63,950 bases of DNA, filler included, from Atractiella rhizophila (GCA_021432655.1; 7 parts of 6 records of this genome joined end to end with filler, not necessarily neighbours in it); one strand, 5' to 3'. Counted from the first letter of the whole stretch, positions 51,242 to 63,950 are shown. Numbers and translations are program-made. The notes: generated from the sequence alone by a model not told the origin.

Positions 51242-54182
51242 TCACATAACAACACAGTCGTCTCCCTTCGCCTTTCCCGTCGCGATTCCCATCTCCGCAA
51301 AAGTTTCCGGTCCCTTTGGAGGCGCAGGCTGCTGAGCGATGGGAGCTGGACCAGGCGGGGAGGTGTTAGAATGATGAGGCGGATGTCCTCCCTGCTGCTG
51401 GTGCTTAGGCACCGGTCCACTGTCCGATAGAGAATAATGTTTCGCGGGCTGCGGCTTCTGTTGCTGTTGCTGTTGCTGTTGATACGGACGCTGATTCTGT
51501 TGTTGAGGTTGGGGGTATGATTGTGATGGACCGTGGGAGGGAGGTGGAGCCTGGGAATTGCTCTGTTTCGCCAACCTGGCCAAGCGCTCCACCTGTCTCA
51601 TCGTATCTCCCCTCCTCAAAACGTTCCCTTGTTGCCCTCCCCCCCTCCATTTCCTCCGCCGTAATTGGCAGGTGCGAACCCGCCAGCTGGGGGAGGCCCA
51701 TCTTCTGAAATGGTCGCCATCCCACTCTTCGTCGCTAAGTCCTCCCTTCGACTCCGCTGTTGAGCCTGTGTCCGCTTCCTCACCAACTTATCCTCCGTCA
51801 AGCTCGCATGTTCGTTCCTCGAGAGCGCATTCGCCTCTCCTTGACTGAGAGCAGCCAGACGTTGCTTCGCGTCCTCATTCCCATGATTGGATGCCTAACC
51901 GACGCAGAACAACACCTTTAATCAACATACAGAAGCGGGCTAGGGATGAAGGGGACGTACGAGCTCGTACCACTTCCTCGCAGCCTGCACATCCTTCGTA
52001 CACCCAATCCCAACCTCGAAATAATACCCGATCGCAAACTCAGCACTGGGCAGACCCTTCCTCGCGCTCTTCTCCGCAAACGTAAACGCCAAATCTTCAT
52101 TGACCGCAAAGCTGCCTTCCGCGCCACAGAGGAACCATTTACTGAGCGCCATATCAGCCTCAACCTCACCTTGCTGACTGGCCAGACTATAATACTGAAC
52201 CGAGAGCAGAGGGTCGAATGGGACGCCTAAGAGGGCGTATTCGGCTGAGAAGCCCATCTTGTATTCGGCGGCGGGGTAACGGTAGTAAGCTGACTTTTGG
52301 ATGTAGGTTCGAGCGAGGTTGATGTCTTGGGAAAGAACGGTGGGCGGGATGGTGACGTGCTCGAATTCTCCGGCGAGGAGCATACCGTAGATGTAAGCTG
52401 GTTGCGGGAAGTCGAGGTCTGAGAGGTCTGCCGCTTGTTTGAGCAGTCGGACGGCACGGGAGGGGTCTGGGTTCCTTCCAAGTTGGCCGAGGAGGTAAGC
52501 CATTCCCAGACGCTTCACCCATCCAACCGTCCTCCGTTAGCTCACCCTCATCTTGCATCTTTGAGCGAATGAGAGAGAACGCACGTAGATGCAGCCGCAA
52601 TCTCCCTTCTTCCTTCCATTCTCAAAAGCCATCACCGCCCTTCCAGAATCTCCAAACGTCTCATACTCCCTCCCAATCCTGAACCAAGCTCTGGGCCAAC
52701 CTTTATTCGCCGCCGCCTCAAACTCTCTAAAAGCGACCTTCAAATCCTTCTGTCTATAACTGGGGAACGATTCCCGTCGAGCTCAGTTCTCCCTGTAAAT
52801 AGGTAGCGAGAGGAAGAGAAGAGCCGAGTATGAATTTAAGCGCCTCGTCCGTCCCACCTCACCAACTGAGGGTCCGTGATGCGTCCGGCCTCTGGGGAAT
52901 TGGGAGAAGAGGAAGCGGCTGAAGATTGGAAGCGTTCGATGAACTTGAGCACCTCTCGACTCCACAAAACCTTCTGTTCCTCCCCCTCCCTCATCGCTCT
53001 CTCCCTCTGAACCGCCAGATCCTCAATCGTCGGAAGAGGCACAGCGATCTCCCCTTCTTTTGGTCCGGGGGTGGGAGTCGGGGNNNNNNNNNNNNNNNNN
53101 NNNNNNNNGAGGAAGAGAAGAGCCGAGTATGAATTTAAGCGCCTCGTCCGTCCACCTCACCAACTGAGGATCCGTGATCCGTCCCGCCTCTGGGGAATTG
53201 GGAGAAGAGGAAGCGGCCGAAGATTGGAAGCGTTCGATGAACTTGAGCACCTCTCGACTCCACAAAACCTTCTGTTCCTCCCCCTCCCTCATCGCTCTCT
53301 CTCCCTCTGAACCGCCAGATCCTCAATCGTCGGAAGAGGCACAGCGATCTCCCCTTCTTTTGGTCCGGGGGTGGGAGTCGGGGCTGCGGTCGTTGCGCCG
53401 CTGAGTGTGGAAGCGGATGATGGCGCGGCGCTCGGTTGGTCGAGCACCATGGAAGCCACACGTGGAGGGCGGGCCACCGGAGCTGAAGCGTCGGAAGGAG
53501 GACTGGTGGAAGGGAAGTATTCGGATTGAGGACGGTGCACGGGATGTTGGGAAGGTTGAAGTGGTGAAGGGTAGAGTTGGGCCTGAGTGGGAGGGTAGTT
53601 CGGGTTCGGATTGGGCGCGTGTGGGTTGATGGCGAAGCCTGCGGGAGGGGAGGAGACTTGGAGGTTGGGAACAGGTTGGTTTAGCGGCGGAGAGTTCGGT
53701 TCGGAATGATAGGCATTTTGATGCGCACCAGGAGGCGGAAGGGGCGATGGTCCACCGTATCCGCCTGCTCCTCCACCACCTCCACCGGGATAGGATCCTT
53801 GAGCACTCACCGCCCTTCGATCCTCCCACTGCTGAATCACAGGTGCCGCGCCACCAGCTCCGAATGCACCTGGAGCATTGAATCCCATCTCGGTGTTATT
53901 GTACTGTCTCCTCGGCTGAGGAGCGAGCATCCCACCTGGCCCAGGGGTCGGTCCGTAGTAATCCTTCTTCTGCTCCTCCGCGGCATGTCTGAGGAAGTCC
54001 GGAGGAGGAGGAGGGACGGGAGGTGCGCTGCCGGGTGGACCGGTATAGGAGTGTTGCTGTTGCTGGGAGGCTGGTATGCGTGGTAGCTCTGCTGGTGGTA
54101 TGGCTTCGGCGCAGGGTTTGGGGAGACAGATCTGAGTCCCATGGGGACGGGAGGGAGTGGAGGACCAGACTGTTGTGCACAT
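51242..54182 (-). CDS. CHS4: Sel1-repeat chitin synthase activator (Chs4/Skt5-like) with C-terminal CaaX; contains assembly indels and a gap
   Basis: Pro/Gln-rich N-terminus. Sel1 repeats AFREFEAAA, FDPLLSVQYYSLASQQGEVEADMALSKWFLCGAEG and AEFAIGYYFEVGIG. C-terminus GPETFAEMGI...DDCVVM* (CaaX). Confidence 0.85.
52810..53382. repeat. ~275-bp sequence duplicated on both sides of a 25-N gap (scaffolding overlap)
   Basis: 52810-53083 matches 53109-53382 with small indels and substitutions. Confidence 0.85.
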
Positions 54183-55655
54183 GACTTCAGTTCTCTACTG
54201 ACCTGTCCACGGAGGGGCTGAGTGAGGAAAGCAACTGACCATGGCGTGGATGAGAGAGAGGGACAGAAGAAGCGGCTGATCGTCGTTTTGATGGCCAAGA
54301 TTGGATTCACTGCGAGAGTCACGTTCGTCCCCGCGAAGAGATCAACAAGTCTGCTAACAAATCTGCTGAACGCTGAACAGCTGCTCGAGAATTTAAGAAG
54401 GAGAACGAGGAGAAAGCACCGGAGACCCGTCGACTCGCCCATCCATACAGCTTTACGATTTCCGTCCTACCTAATTCACTGCTTCATTGTGACTCGCAGT
54501 GTTGCGAAGCGACTTATGAGGAGAATCATGTATATTCGATTCGCAGAAATGGTGTAGTGGTGCAGTGTTCTTCGAGCTTCAAGAGCCTAATAGGACAAGA
54601 AGGGGGGAATGGAACGTGTTCTGATCAATTGCAGTGGTGCGATGCTCCTCCGCATGAATTTATGGGTCATGAGAAAGGACAATCTTCTATGCCTGCGATA
54701 GCCTCCCCATCACATTGAGTGTCAAATTCGAGGGACAAAGGATCTCTTGCTCCTGCTCTTTACCTCATCTGCTGATTCTGTGTTCTAAGCCAAAAATTAA
54801 ACCAACTAGCATATCTTCATATTTCACATAATATTGAACACAGCATTCGGTGAAGAATATCCACTATCTTTCCTTTACATTCCCAGTCTATAGCATCTTG
54901 TTTCAGCATTATTTTTGTCTGACAATTTATCTTTCTTGATGATGGTGCAAGCCTGTTCCCTTTGTGGGGTTGGGCTGTTACATAACATGTGTGGCATGTG
55001 TCGGCCTCAAATTCAATACGATGCTGTTGCGCTTCGAAACTTCGCCTCGACCAGGTTGGGTTTCTTGACTGGCTTCTGGCGCAGGCTTACCTCTACCCCA
55101 GAAAGCAGGTAGACCCTTGCAGCTCGCTACTGCTGATCAGGCCAGCTCTGCTTATCATTGTCCAAGCTTTATCTCCCAGTGAAGCCATACAGGCAGTGGT
55201 CGTTGTTGCAAACGCTCTGGGTATGGGATGCGCGAGAGATGCTGTATGAAAGTCCTCGACGGATTGATCGCATCACTGACAGGTTTGAAGGTGTTGTTGT
55301 GACCCACTGGTTCTGCATCCTTCTATGGCCGAACCCTCTCCTGTTTGTTGTCCGTGGCTGCTTGGCATCAAGAGAAGATAAGATACCCTCTGTCTTGTTT
55401 GTAATTGTGGCTGCTGGGAGTCCGGAGACACACAGAAAAGATCATGTAGGGACCATTCATGGTGACACTTCTCACACAGACACCCTGAGCTTCAAGCACC
55501 CACACCTCTCTCTTCTTCCGTTTTCAACTACTGAGGGAGGGGACAACATTGTGGCGGTGGTCGTTTCTACATAAGAACCCGCTTCTTTCCCTTCCTTCGC
55601 TCAAAACTCACCGTCTCCACAAACCTGCCCCATTTCGAAAACGGTCCGAGGCAAG

Positions 55656-55723
55656 ATGCCTAAACAGTCCCTCTTCCTCATAGGTACAGGTTTCATCGGC
55701 GGCACGCTCCTCATCCGCCTCCT
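55656..55723 (+). CDS. N-terminal fragment of a Rossmann-fold (epimerase/NmrA-like) protein, cut by the contig end
   Basis: MPKQSLFLIGTGFIGGTLLIRL carries a GxGxxG dinucleotide-binding motif. Confidence 0.6.
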
Positions 55724-55873
55724 NNNNNNNNNNNNNNNNNNNNNNNNNNNNNNNNNNNNNNNNNNNNTTAATTAATTAANNNNNNNNNNNNNNNNNNNNN
55801 NNNNNNNNNNNNNNNNNNNNNNNAAAAAAGGCAAGACCGGTTTTGCACCTTCAGGATATTCTCTGTTTCTCCA

Positions 55874-56384
55874 TGGATCCCTCTGGAAATTTGAGCCTTC
55901 TGCAGGTGAGGAACCCTTAGTGTGCTGTTATGATGATTCGCTCATGTTAATCCAGAACCTTCCCCCCGGTGTGGATCCGGCATCCATCACAGACGCTTTG
56001 CAGGCTGCAGGGTTTCAGGTCTCTAATTCCCAAGTGCTGTCTTCCATTCCGCTTCCGCATCTTCCCACAGGTATCCCTGGCACGCTCCCTCACATCGCAT
56101 CCCTTCCTCCTTCCACATCAACCTCAGGCTCTACAACGATTTCAGTACCCACATCCACATCCACATCCATGTCCACAGCTGCTTCAACGTGGATGACGTC
56201 AACACCCCCATCTGCTTCGACATCCGCATCAATATCAACATCCACATCTACGTCTCCATCTTTTTCGATATCCACAACTCCATCCACGTCTGCTTCGACG
56301 GAACCGCAGTCACCGGTGTTGGATGGTGAGGAGACCTCTCCTACTCGGTTTGGAGCGAGACAGAATCCTCAGAGTGACAGCTGA
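55874..56384 (+). CDS. Ser/Thr/Pro-rich low-complexity hypothetical protein or fragment
   Basis: Open frame with (ST)n runs and a possible intron at ~55906-55955. Confidence 0.3.
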
Positions 56385-56610
56385 ACCCACTGTGTCAGTT
56401 CTCCGTTGCTTGCAGTAGAATTTTGTGCGCATCTTTTATTCGTTGCCGTTTGCCTGAAGTGTAAGCATCGGCTCAATACCTGTCAGTTCATCTACATGTA
56501 CCATGCAAGCCGTGAATCTACTCCCAACAGAGCATTCGGTGTGATAGGTTGAGAACATTATAGAATTAAGCATAACTACTTTTTACTCTTCTGCAGACCA
56601 AAGCATAGCC

Positions 56611-58583
56611 TCACTCCACGCTATTCCGTCTTTCAGATTGCTTGCCATTCAGCTCTTCCTCCTTCTCCAACCTGGCGACATCCGCATCCCCCCACCTCCT
56701 CTCTGGAACCTTATCCCCCAACTCTCTTGTCTCTCTCATCAACTCGCTCCACTGTCCCACCCACTTGCTCCTCAACGGTTCAAACGGGTTCTCCTCCTCC
56801 TCCACATCCCATGCAGTCTGCGGATCCACCGATGCCGCTTTCTCCCTAGCCTCCCTCTCCCTCTCCCTCGCCACATGGACCACAATGGCGTCCCACGCCT
56901 TATTCTCATCCTCCTTATAGAGTTTCCGGAACCTCTCTTCGGTAGGCAGCGATTCAAACGCCTCTTCTGCCTTCTTCTGCGCCACTTGAGCTTGACGGAT
57001 CTCTTCCACCCGCTTGGCCGCTTTCCACGCTTTCAGTTCCCCTTTAGTGGCGTTCGCAGGAGGAGAATCCGGAACGGCCGCAACGCGCACTGGTTCTTGT
57101 TCCTTCTCGGCATCTGAAGCTGCAAGAGCAGCCGGAGGAAGGGACGTAGCCTCCTTAGGCTTCTCGGCCACTTTCGAAGCTCCCAATCTCGTCCTCATCC
57201 GCTGCCACCAACTTTGCACCTCTTCATCACCCTCTTTCTTCCCTGGCGCGGGAACAGACGCAGAGGATGGGGCGACGAGGGACTTTTGGCTTATTCCTTC
57301 TGATGCGGACAAGGGGATCGCAGTGCCTGTTTTGGGAGGTGCGAACAGTGGGGCACCACGGATGGAGGTGTAGATTTCGCTTGCGCGTTTGAGGATCTCT
57401 TTGCGCTCTTCTTCCATCGACTCCTTCAACTCCTCAACATAGTGATGTGTTGGATCTATTCCACATCCCGAAGGAAACACTGCTCAGCGAGAGAGTAAGG
57501 GAAAGGAAAGAGGAAGGGCGTACCGATGACGCGCGGCCCACGACCATATGTGTACAGCTGCCACCAAGGTCTGCGCTTGGGATGCAGGTCGTGAGTTGGG
57601 TATCCCATCTGTAACGGCTGCGTGATTGGGTTGACTGGTCTTCGTGCACTGGTATCGGGATCGGTGTTTATGCCGTGGAAGGACTTTAGACCTGTGATCA
57701 TTGGTTAACCCCTCTTTCTTTTGACTGGAATGGTGGTGAAGTGGATGAATGGGCATAATAGAAAGTAATAGTATGAAGAGAAGAAGAAAGGAAGAAAAAA
57801 CATACCTGCACCCTCTCTACTCTCCTTCTCCCTCTGCCTCATCGGGCCCACCATGAACTCATCATCCAAGAACTTCTGAGTCGGTTCATCTGGCCACCAC
57901 CATTCCTGACCCTTCCTCAACCCCAGAATGACCTTCTTATACGCCTTCCTCATCCTCTGAGACTTAAGCTCCTTCTTCGATTGCCCCCTCCTCATCCTAT
58001 CCGACACCTTACTCCTCACATTGATCGTATTGATATAAGTCGGATGAAGCTTAGGATACACGGCTTCAAGGTAGGATATAATGTCCGGTTTCGTCAACTG
58101 CAACGGGGCGTGAAAAACGACTTCGTATGGATTGTACTTCTGTCCAGGGCGGATGAAGGGTCGGACCAACTTCATTTGGATGTTTGGCAGGTATACTAGG
58201 TTCTTGCCTTGAATACCAGCCTTCCATTCGACTTCTCCTGTCTCCGGGATCTCAACTGGATAGCGCAGGAATTTTTGGAAGTACGGTCGCCAGGTCCGCA
58301 CCCGTTTCGTCACTGCTGGCGGAGGGTTAAGCTGCTTTTCGAGTGCGGAGTAGGAGACGATGAATCGGTTGGAGGACGTGTCTTTGGATTTGCTTTGCCG
58401 TGCATTGCTATCTTGAGATGTTCCCTGTTCTAGTGTACTTTGCTGGGATGTACTTTTTTCCGAGTCGTTTGGTTGTGAGTGAGTTGTGGAGTATGTGCGG
58501 TGGTAAGTGGATGAGAAAGGAGTGTGACAAGTGTGCGACACGAGGAGACGCCGCGAAAGGGAAGACGTGCGCAGGGAGCTCAT
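56611..58583 (-). CDS. MRP20: Mitochondrial ribosomal protein uL23m (Mrp20) with a long C-terminal extension, 3 exons
   Basis: Ser/Arg-rich presequence. Core VYLPNIQMKLVRP, YEVVFHAPLQLTKPDIISYLEAVY and KAYKKVILGL. Introns at ~57805-57692 and ~57522-57480 keep the frame into ORF 56611-57480. Confidence 0.8.
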
Positions 58584-58822
58584 TTCTGTTGCCACCGTTA
58601 GAGTGTAATCGACCAACGGCAAAATGAGACTTACTCCCTATCCTTTACTCAGTTTTTTTGCTGTGACCTTCCACTGGCTTCCAGACCCAGTTCTCCAACA
58701 AGTTTTTAGGTGGACGTTGCCTCTCTGCTGCGCAAGAGTCATCCTGCAACCACTGGCAAGCTTGCAAGCCCAAGTTGTCAAGTAGCAACCAGGAGCTACA
58801 GGTTAGAAGGAAGCGGTGGAAG

Positions 58823-60630
58823 ATGTCCTACATCCCCCGTAAGTCGCTATATCCCCAAAGTACAAATATTTGACAGGAGGTGATACAGAGTCAGTATACC
58901 CAGCCAATCCAGTGACGACGCGAGGCATCTCCGTCAAGCTAGGCAGTGATCCAAAGGTCGCTTCGCTTTTNNNNNNNNNNNNNNNNNNNNNNNNNNNNNN
59001 NNNNNNNNNNNNNNNNNNNNNNNNNNNNNNNNNNNNNNNNNNNNNNNNNNNNNNNNNNNNNNNNNNNNNNNNNNNNNNNNNNNNNNNNNNNNNNNNNNNN
59101 NNNNNNNNNNNNNNNNNNNNNNNNNNNNNNNNNNNNNNNNNNNNNNNNNNNNNNNNNNNNNNNNNNNNNNNNNNNNNNNNNNNNNNNNNNNNNNNNNNNN
59201 NNNNNNNNNNNNNNNNNNNNNNNNNNNNNNNNNNNNNNNNNNNNNNNNNNNNNNNNNNNNNNNNNNNNNNNNNNNNNNNNNNNNNNNNNNNNNNNNNNNN
59301 NNNNNNNNNNNNNNNNNNNNNNNNNNNNNNNNNNNNNNNNNNNNNNNNNNNNNNNNNNNNNNNNNNNNNNNNNNNNNNNNNNNNNNNNNNNNNNNNNNNN
59401 NNNNNNNNNNNNNNNNNNNNNNNNNNNNNNNNNNNNNNNNNNNNNNNNNNNNNNNNNNNNNNNNNNNNNNNNNNNNNNNNNNNNNNNNNNNNNNNNNNNN
59501 NNNNNNNNNNNNNNNNNNNNNNNNNNNNNNNNNNNNNNNNNNNNNNNNNNNNNNNNNNNNNNNNNNNNNNNNNNNNNNNNNNNNNNNNNNNNNNNNNNNN
59601 NNNNNNNNNNNNNNNNNNNNNNNNNNNNNNNNNNNNNNNNNNNNNNNNNNNNNNNNNNNNNNNNNNNNNNNNNNNNNNNNNNNNNNNNNNNNNNNNNNNN
59701 NNNNNNNNNNNNNNNNNNNNNNNNNNNNNNNNNNNNNNNNNNNNNNNNNNNNNNNNNNNNNNNNNNNNNNNNNNNNNNNNNNNNNNNNNNNNNNNNNNNN
59801 NNNNNNNNNNNNNNNNNNNNNNNNNNNNNNNNNNNNNNNNNNNNNNNNNNNNNNNNNNNNNNNNNNNNNNNNNNNNNNNGGGAAGAAGCTCGTGAGCTCA
59901 GGCGCGGATGCGGTGGTGAAAATTTGGGATGTAGAGAGCGGGAAGGTGGCCGCGTGAGCATCTCCTCCCACCGTTTCGAGTAGCGAGATGATCTGACCAA
60001 TGCCTTGGCGGTTCCATGTGCAGACATTGGAATGTGGAAGAGGATGGCGCACCAGCTGTCAATACCCAGCAGGTTGGGAATGTGTGGATGAACGAAGGGA
60101 GGATCGCTTCCCTCTCCTTCAGCGGCAACATCAACCTCATCGATCCGCGTGCTCCTGACCAAATCTCTCAAGTCCTTTACGTAGGTTTCCCTCACCGCTT
60201 CCATCCACCATTCAATCCCTCCATCAGTCCCTTCATTCACCGATCCCAGTTTAAATTTTCTCTAGCTTTTGCTAATTTGTCGAAATAAAGGGTGCTCAAA
60301 AATCCATCACCTCCCTCTCCTACTCTCGACCCTCCAAGACTTTCTACACAGGCTCGTACGACGGTCGGATCAACTCATTCTCGGATGTGGGAGCAGGAGG
60401 GGTCTGTAGACCAGTGAAGGGAATGAGCCACACGAATCAGGTGATAGCGATGGACGTAGATCCCGAATCTGGGGTATGGAGCGCAGGCATGGACGATTCA
60501 CTGAAGGAGATCAAGGGGGAAGAGTTCACGTCTGTCCCCTTCCTCTGATTGATTCAACAGACTAACGCATATTGAGATAGGTCGACGAGCGCAGGTACGG
60601 GAGGACTCCCGAAAGGCATCTCTACGAGTA
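58823..60630 (+). CDS. AIP1: WD40 actin-interacting protein 1 (Aip1/WDR1), gapped and 3'-truncated
   Basis: N-terminal YPANPVTTRGISVKL, then QQVGNVW, ASLSFSGNIN, GAQKSITSL, TFYTGSYDGRI, HTNQVIAM and SAGMDDSL. Confidence 0.88.
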
Positions 60631-61586
60631 NNNNNNNNNNNNNNNNNNNNNNNNNNNNNNNNNNNNNNNNNNNNTTAATTAATTAANNNNNNNNNNNNNN
60701 NNNNNNNNNNNNNNNNNNNNNNNNNNNNNNGGACCGGTTTGTTGGGCGACCCATCGGTTGGGCGCGGTTGTGAGTCCGGCCAATCCGGGGTATGGGAGGG
60801 GAGAGTTGGAGTATCAGATCGAGACTGGTGAGTTGGTTTGATTGTTGGAGGAGCAAGGAAGAAGAGCTTGTTTTCATATTGAAGAGAGTCATCACGCTTC
60901 TTTCGATTGATGGCACGTCCAACTATTCCCAGCTTGCCCTTGACGTAATGTGAACGGCGGGAGGTATCGGAGAGGACAAAGCCTTTGGTTTACATTGTCT
61001 CTTTCTCTCCTACAGCTGCGCAACAGTCCACCAGAAAACGAGCAACACTCTTTGAGCTCCATACTCAAGAAATGAAGTGCACGAAGCGAAGGCCTCGTGC
61101 TAATCTAGAGGGACCTCCAGAGCATTAAGAAAAGAGATACTTCGGAGTAGTTTGCCAGCACCCATGTACAGACTATAATAATTGGCCGTTTTAGTCTCGT
61201 GTGATGGCTATTGCGCCAGATGCTGATGCTGTTGTATGCGGCATAGCCTTGGCGGGTTGTGAAATAAGTTTCATATTTTGTTCGAGCGTTGAAGATGGCG
61301 AGCTTACAGTGGATTAACATTGGAAATATTTTCTCCTCCAAGTGATGTTTCAGGATAAATCAGACTGAGCGAGTTGCTCTGGAAGAGGGATGCTTCAAAG
61401 GTCAATGGGTTGGCACAGCAAATCATGACGTGAATGAGAGGAACAATCGCTCGTCACCTATCCCACCGGTGTGATCTGTTAGCAGGGGATATCTCACTAT
61501 CACAACATACTGGATCGTTGATCATGCTTCATCAAGCTCGCTTTGACCTTGGAACTTGAAATATGATGCTAATCCCAATGTGCAGT

Positions 61587-62336
61587 TTCGAAACACCATC
61601 CGGTCAAATTGCTTCTCGTTTCACCCACCCCAGCTTGTCTCTCCGTCATCAAGGACCTCCGGTTTCCTCGAGATCGAATAGTCCTGATTTCCGGTCCATC
61701 GCTCCCTGAGCATGGGTTGAAGTCACTAAACGACTTGGTTTCTGAATGCAAGGGGAAAATAAAGGAGAAGGAGATACCTTTGAGAAAGTTCAAAGAAGGA
61801 GAAGCGCAGACGAAACTCGCCTTTTTGAGTTTTTCGAGGTTTGTTTCCTTCTTTGAGTGTGTACATAATTTGATGAAGAACGCAGTGGAACAACTGGGCT
61901 TCCTAAGGCGGTATCGATACCTCATATATCTGTGATCGCCAATATACTCCAGGTTTCCGATATCAGGAAGCTAGACCACCGGTTAACAGGCGAGGACAAA
62001 GCTCTGGCGGTACTGGTAAGCGTTCTGTAAAGTTCTGTGAGACTGCTAACACTGTTTGGACTTAGCCATTCTACCATATTTACGGGTTAGTTTCCTTGGT
62101 TAGACATGAAGAATGAGCTCACGTTAGAACAGGCTCGTCGTTATCCTCCATTGCAACTTCTACAACTCTACACCTGTACGATGCCTCCAACCTGTAATAT
62201 TTCGCTGACGACATTCACAGATCGTGATTATGCGTCAATTTACTCTAGAAGGCATGCTTCAAGCGATATCCCACCACCGATTATCCTATCTCTTTCTCGT
62301 CCCGCCACAGTTGGTCCTGATGGCCAAAAGCCCCTT
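61587..62336 (+). CDS. AMP-dependent acyl-CoA ligase (4-coumarate/phenylacetyl-CoA ligase-like) fragment; 5' end unclear
   Basis: Splicing gives AFLSFSSGTTGLPKAVSIPH (AMP-binding loop split by an intron at ~61829-61885) and LAVLPFYHIYGL. Confidence 0.85.
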
Positions 62337-62444
62337 NNNNNNNNNNNNNNNNNNNNNNNNNNNNNNNNNNNNNNNNNNNNTTAATTAATTAANNNNNNNN
62401 NNNNNNNNNNNNNNNNNNNNNNNNNNNNNNNNNNNNCCTTTCCA

Positions 62445-63950
62445 ATGAACGGAGACCTTCACCCACCTCTCTCCGCTCCTTCGACCTCGACCACCTTCCC
62501 TCCATCCGCCACTGCTCCTCCAGCAGCGCCGAGGAGGACGGTCAGCAGCTCGAACCTAGCTTCAGCCGTGAAGCAAGAAGGCGAGAATCAGAACCTCCAA
62601 CCGCCACTCCTGGCTTCCACAGCGAAAGTGGGAATGGGCGCAGGAGCGTTCGTGTTCAAGGTGTACAAGTGAGTAATCTCCACCGTATTCAAAAGAGGGT
62701 GTTCGTCGGTGTCTCCGTTTTCCCGAAGCGAGAGTGAGAAGGATGGGAGACATTCATTGGTTCATTGATGGCGAGGAAGATTCGCTCTTGTTGATTTGAC
62801 AGCTGCTTTGAATCTGAAGTATCGCTTCTGGAACTCGCTTCGCAGATCCTTTTGAAGCAATATTTTGACATGTTTGTCAAAGCCGAAGATGTCAATGGAC
62901 GAGTTGAACGAAGCACTAGCTCCTAAAGGGTTTTATAGAGCTACGAGTCGGCTAAGGAATATCAGTACAAGATTTGCCTTTATTTCAGCCATCTTTTATT
63001 CCGTTTTATTGCACGAATTGCAGCGCCAGAAAGAAATTTCGACGGCTCTATGACCTTCCATGCTTTCTCTCGTTGCTTCTCGGCCTGGGATCGCCCCGAA
63101 ATTAGGTTACACTGATTTTCCTCCGATCGCTTGTCTTTCGACCCAACGATGTGGTTCGCTGACCTTTCGTTTGTTTCAGCATGCTTATGGACGATTCGTC
63201 CCAGCATCTCATATCTTTCAGTCAAACTGGCACGTCCTTCATCGTCAACAACGTCAAGGAATTCAGCAGCGATGTCTTGCCGAAGCATTTTAAGCACAAG
63301 TAAGCCACCCATTTTCTATTCTTGAGCACGACATGCTCACAAGATTATAGTAATTTTTCGAGCTTCGTTCGACAGCTTAATATGTAAGTGGTCGTCCCAT
63401 TTTCTAGCACGTGATTCATGGAGAATGCGTTCAGGTACGGATTCCATAAAGTTAACAAGACTCCTCGTGGCCAAAAAGGATCCACCGATAACCAACAATG
63501 GGAATTCAATCACCCGAAATTTATCAAAGGTCGAGCAGATCTACTGGACAGCATTCGTCGAAAAGCATTGGAGCAGGAGCCTCCCCGAGCAAGATCATCA
63601 TATCCCAGTCCGGCAGCGTCATACCAAGCGTTAAGACCTGTGCCAATCTCGGTTCAGGTGGCATCAGCACAGGAAGCTCATATCCTCGCTGCCCAGCAGC
63701 AACATGCGATTCAACAGCAACAACAAGCCCACATCCAGGCTCAATACCATCAACAGGTGGCTGCCCAACAGGCGGCCCTGAGAGCTCAACAGCAGGCTCA
63801 AGTCCAGGCTTCCTTGGCTTCTTTGCCCTCTCCCCCATTCGAATCCATTCCCGGCCAACCGGCAGATGTGATGGAGCGCTTGAACTCGTTCAGGCATGGC
63901 TATGAGGTTATGCATCGAGAGATGATTGAGATGAGAAGGAAGCAAGATAT
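62445..63950 (+). CDS. HSF-type DNA-binding transcription factor (Hsf1/Skn7/Sfl1 superfamily), runs off the window end
   Basis: Spliced AFVFKVYNMLMD...GTSFIV...[26 protein letters not shown]...WEFNHPKF, followed by a Gln/Ala-rich segment and a coiled-coil-like start. Confidence 0.92.

Noticed and set aside
52810..53382. Apparent exon duplication in the Chs4-like gene
   Set aside because: The copies flank a 25-N gap and differ by small indels, typical of overlapping contig ends.
54060..54182. Possible programmed frameshifts at the start of the Chs4-like gene
   Set aside because: Sensible sequence alternates between frames (AQQSGPPLPPVPMG...YQPP / QQQQHSY) in a contig with other indel errors. 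Sequencing error is the simpler explanation.
54560..55580. Cys-containing short ORFs suggestive of a CACTA/CxC transposase relic
   Set aside because: Stop-ridden in all frames with no convincing catalytic motif. It would need a profile search.
58870..60240. Long ORFs of 341-433 aa in the ORF track
   Set aside because: They consist almost entirely of the N gap at 58971-59879.
16870..62436. Recurrent TTAATTAATTAA motif flanked by Ns, as a biological repeat or array
   Set aside because: It is an identical 100-bp six-frame-stop linker used to concatenate contigs. Genes across these spacers are not necessarily linked, so no cross-contig cluster is claimed.

Overview
Intron-rich fungal genomic DNA with GT-AG introns of about 45-60 nt. 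Gene content points to a basidiomycete, plausibly Pucciniomycotina (inference). The window is not one locus: six artificial N44-TTAATTAATTAA-N44 spacers join seven contigs. Contig 1 (1-16869) carries Mo25/Hym1, an AcpS-type PPTase, a secreted EGF-like Cys-repeat protein, a 9-exon calmodulin, and an animal/plant-type bifunctional LKR/SDH (AASS-like) gene with a 2-kb internal tandem duplication, lying tail-to-tail with NAD(P) transhydrogenase. Contig 2 (16970-33762) is transposon-rich: a decayed Ty3/Gypsy element, a broken F-box-like gene, a Helitron Pif1 remnant with a candidate 3' end, and orphan ORFs. Contig 3 (33863-50627) carries APC1 and an SDR/NmrA/3'-5' exonuclease block present as two versions that differ in NmrA copy number. 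Contig 4 carries a Chs4/Skt5-like Sel1 protein. Contig 5 carries MRP20 with a long C-terminal extension and AIP1. Contig 6 holds an acyl-CoA ligase fragment and contig 7 an HSF-domain factor. I see no rRNA, tRNA or CRISPR array. No clearly new system can be proven from sequence alone; the best leads are the AASS+NNT pair, the NmrA copy-number haplotypes, the EGF-repeat protein and the extended uL23m. All family calls come from motif recognition, not database searches.
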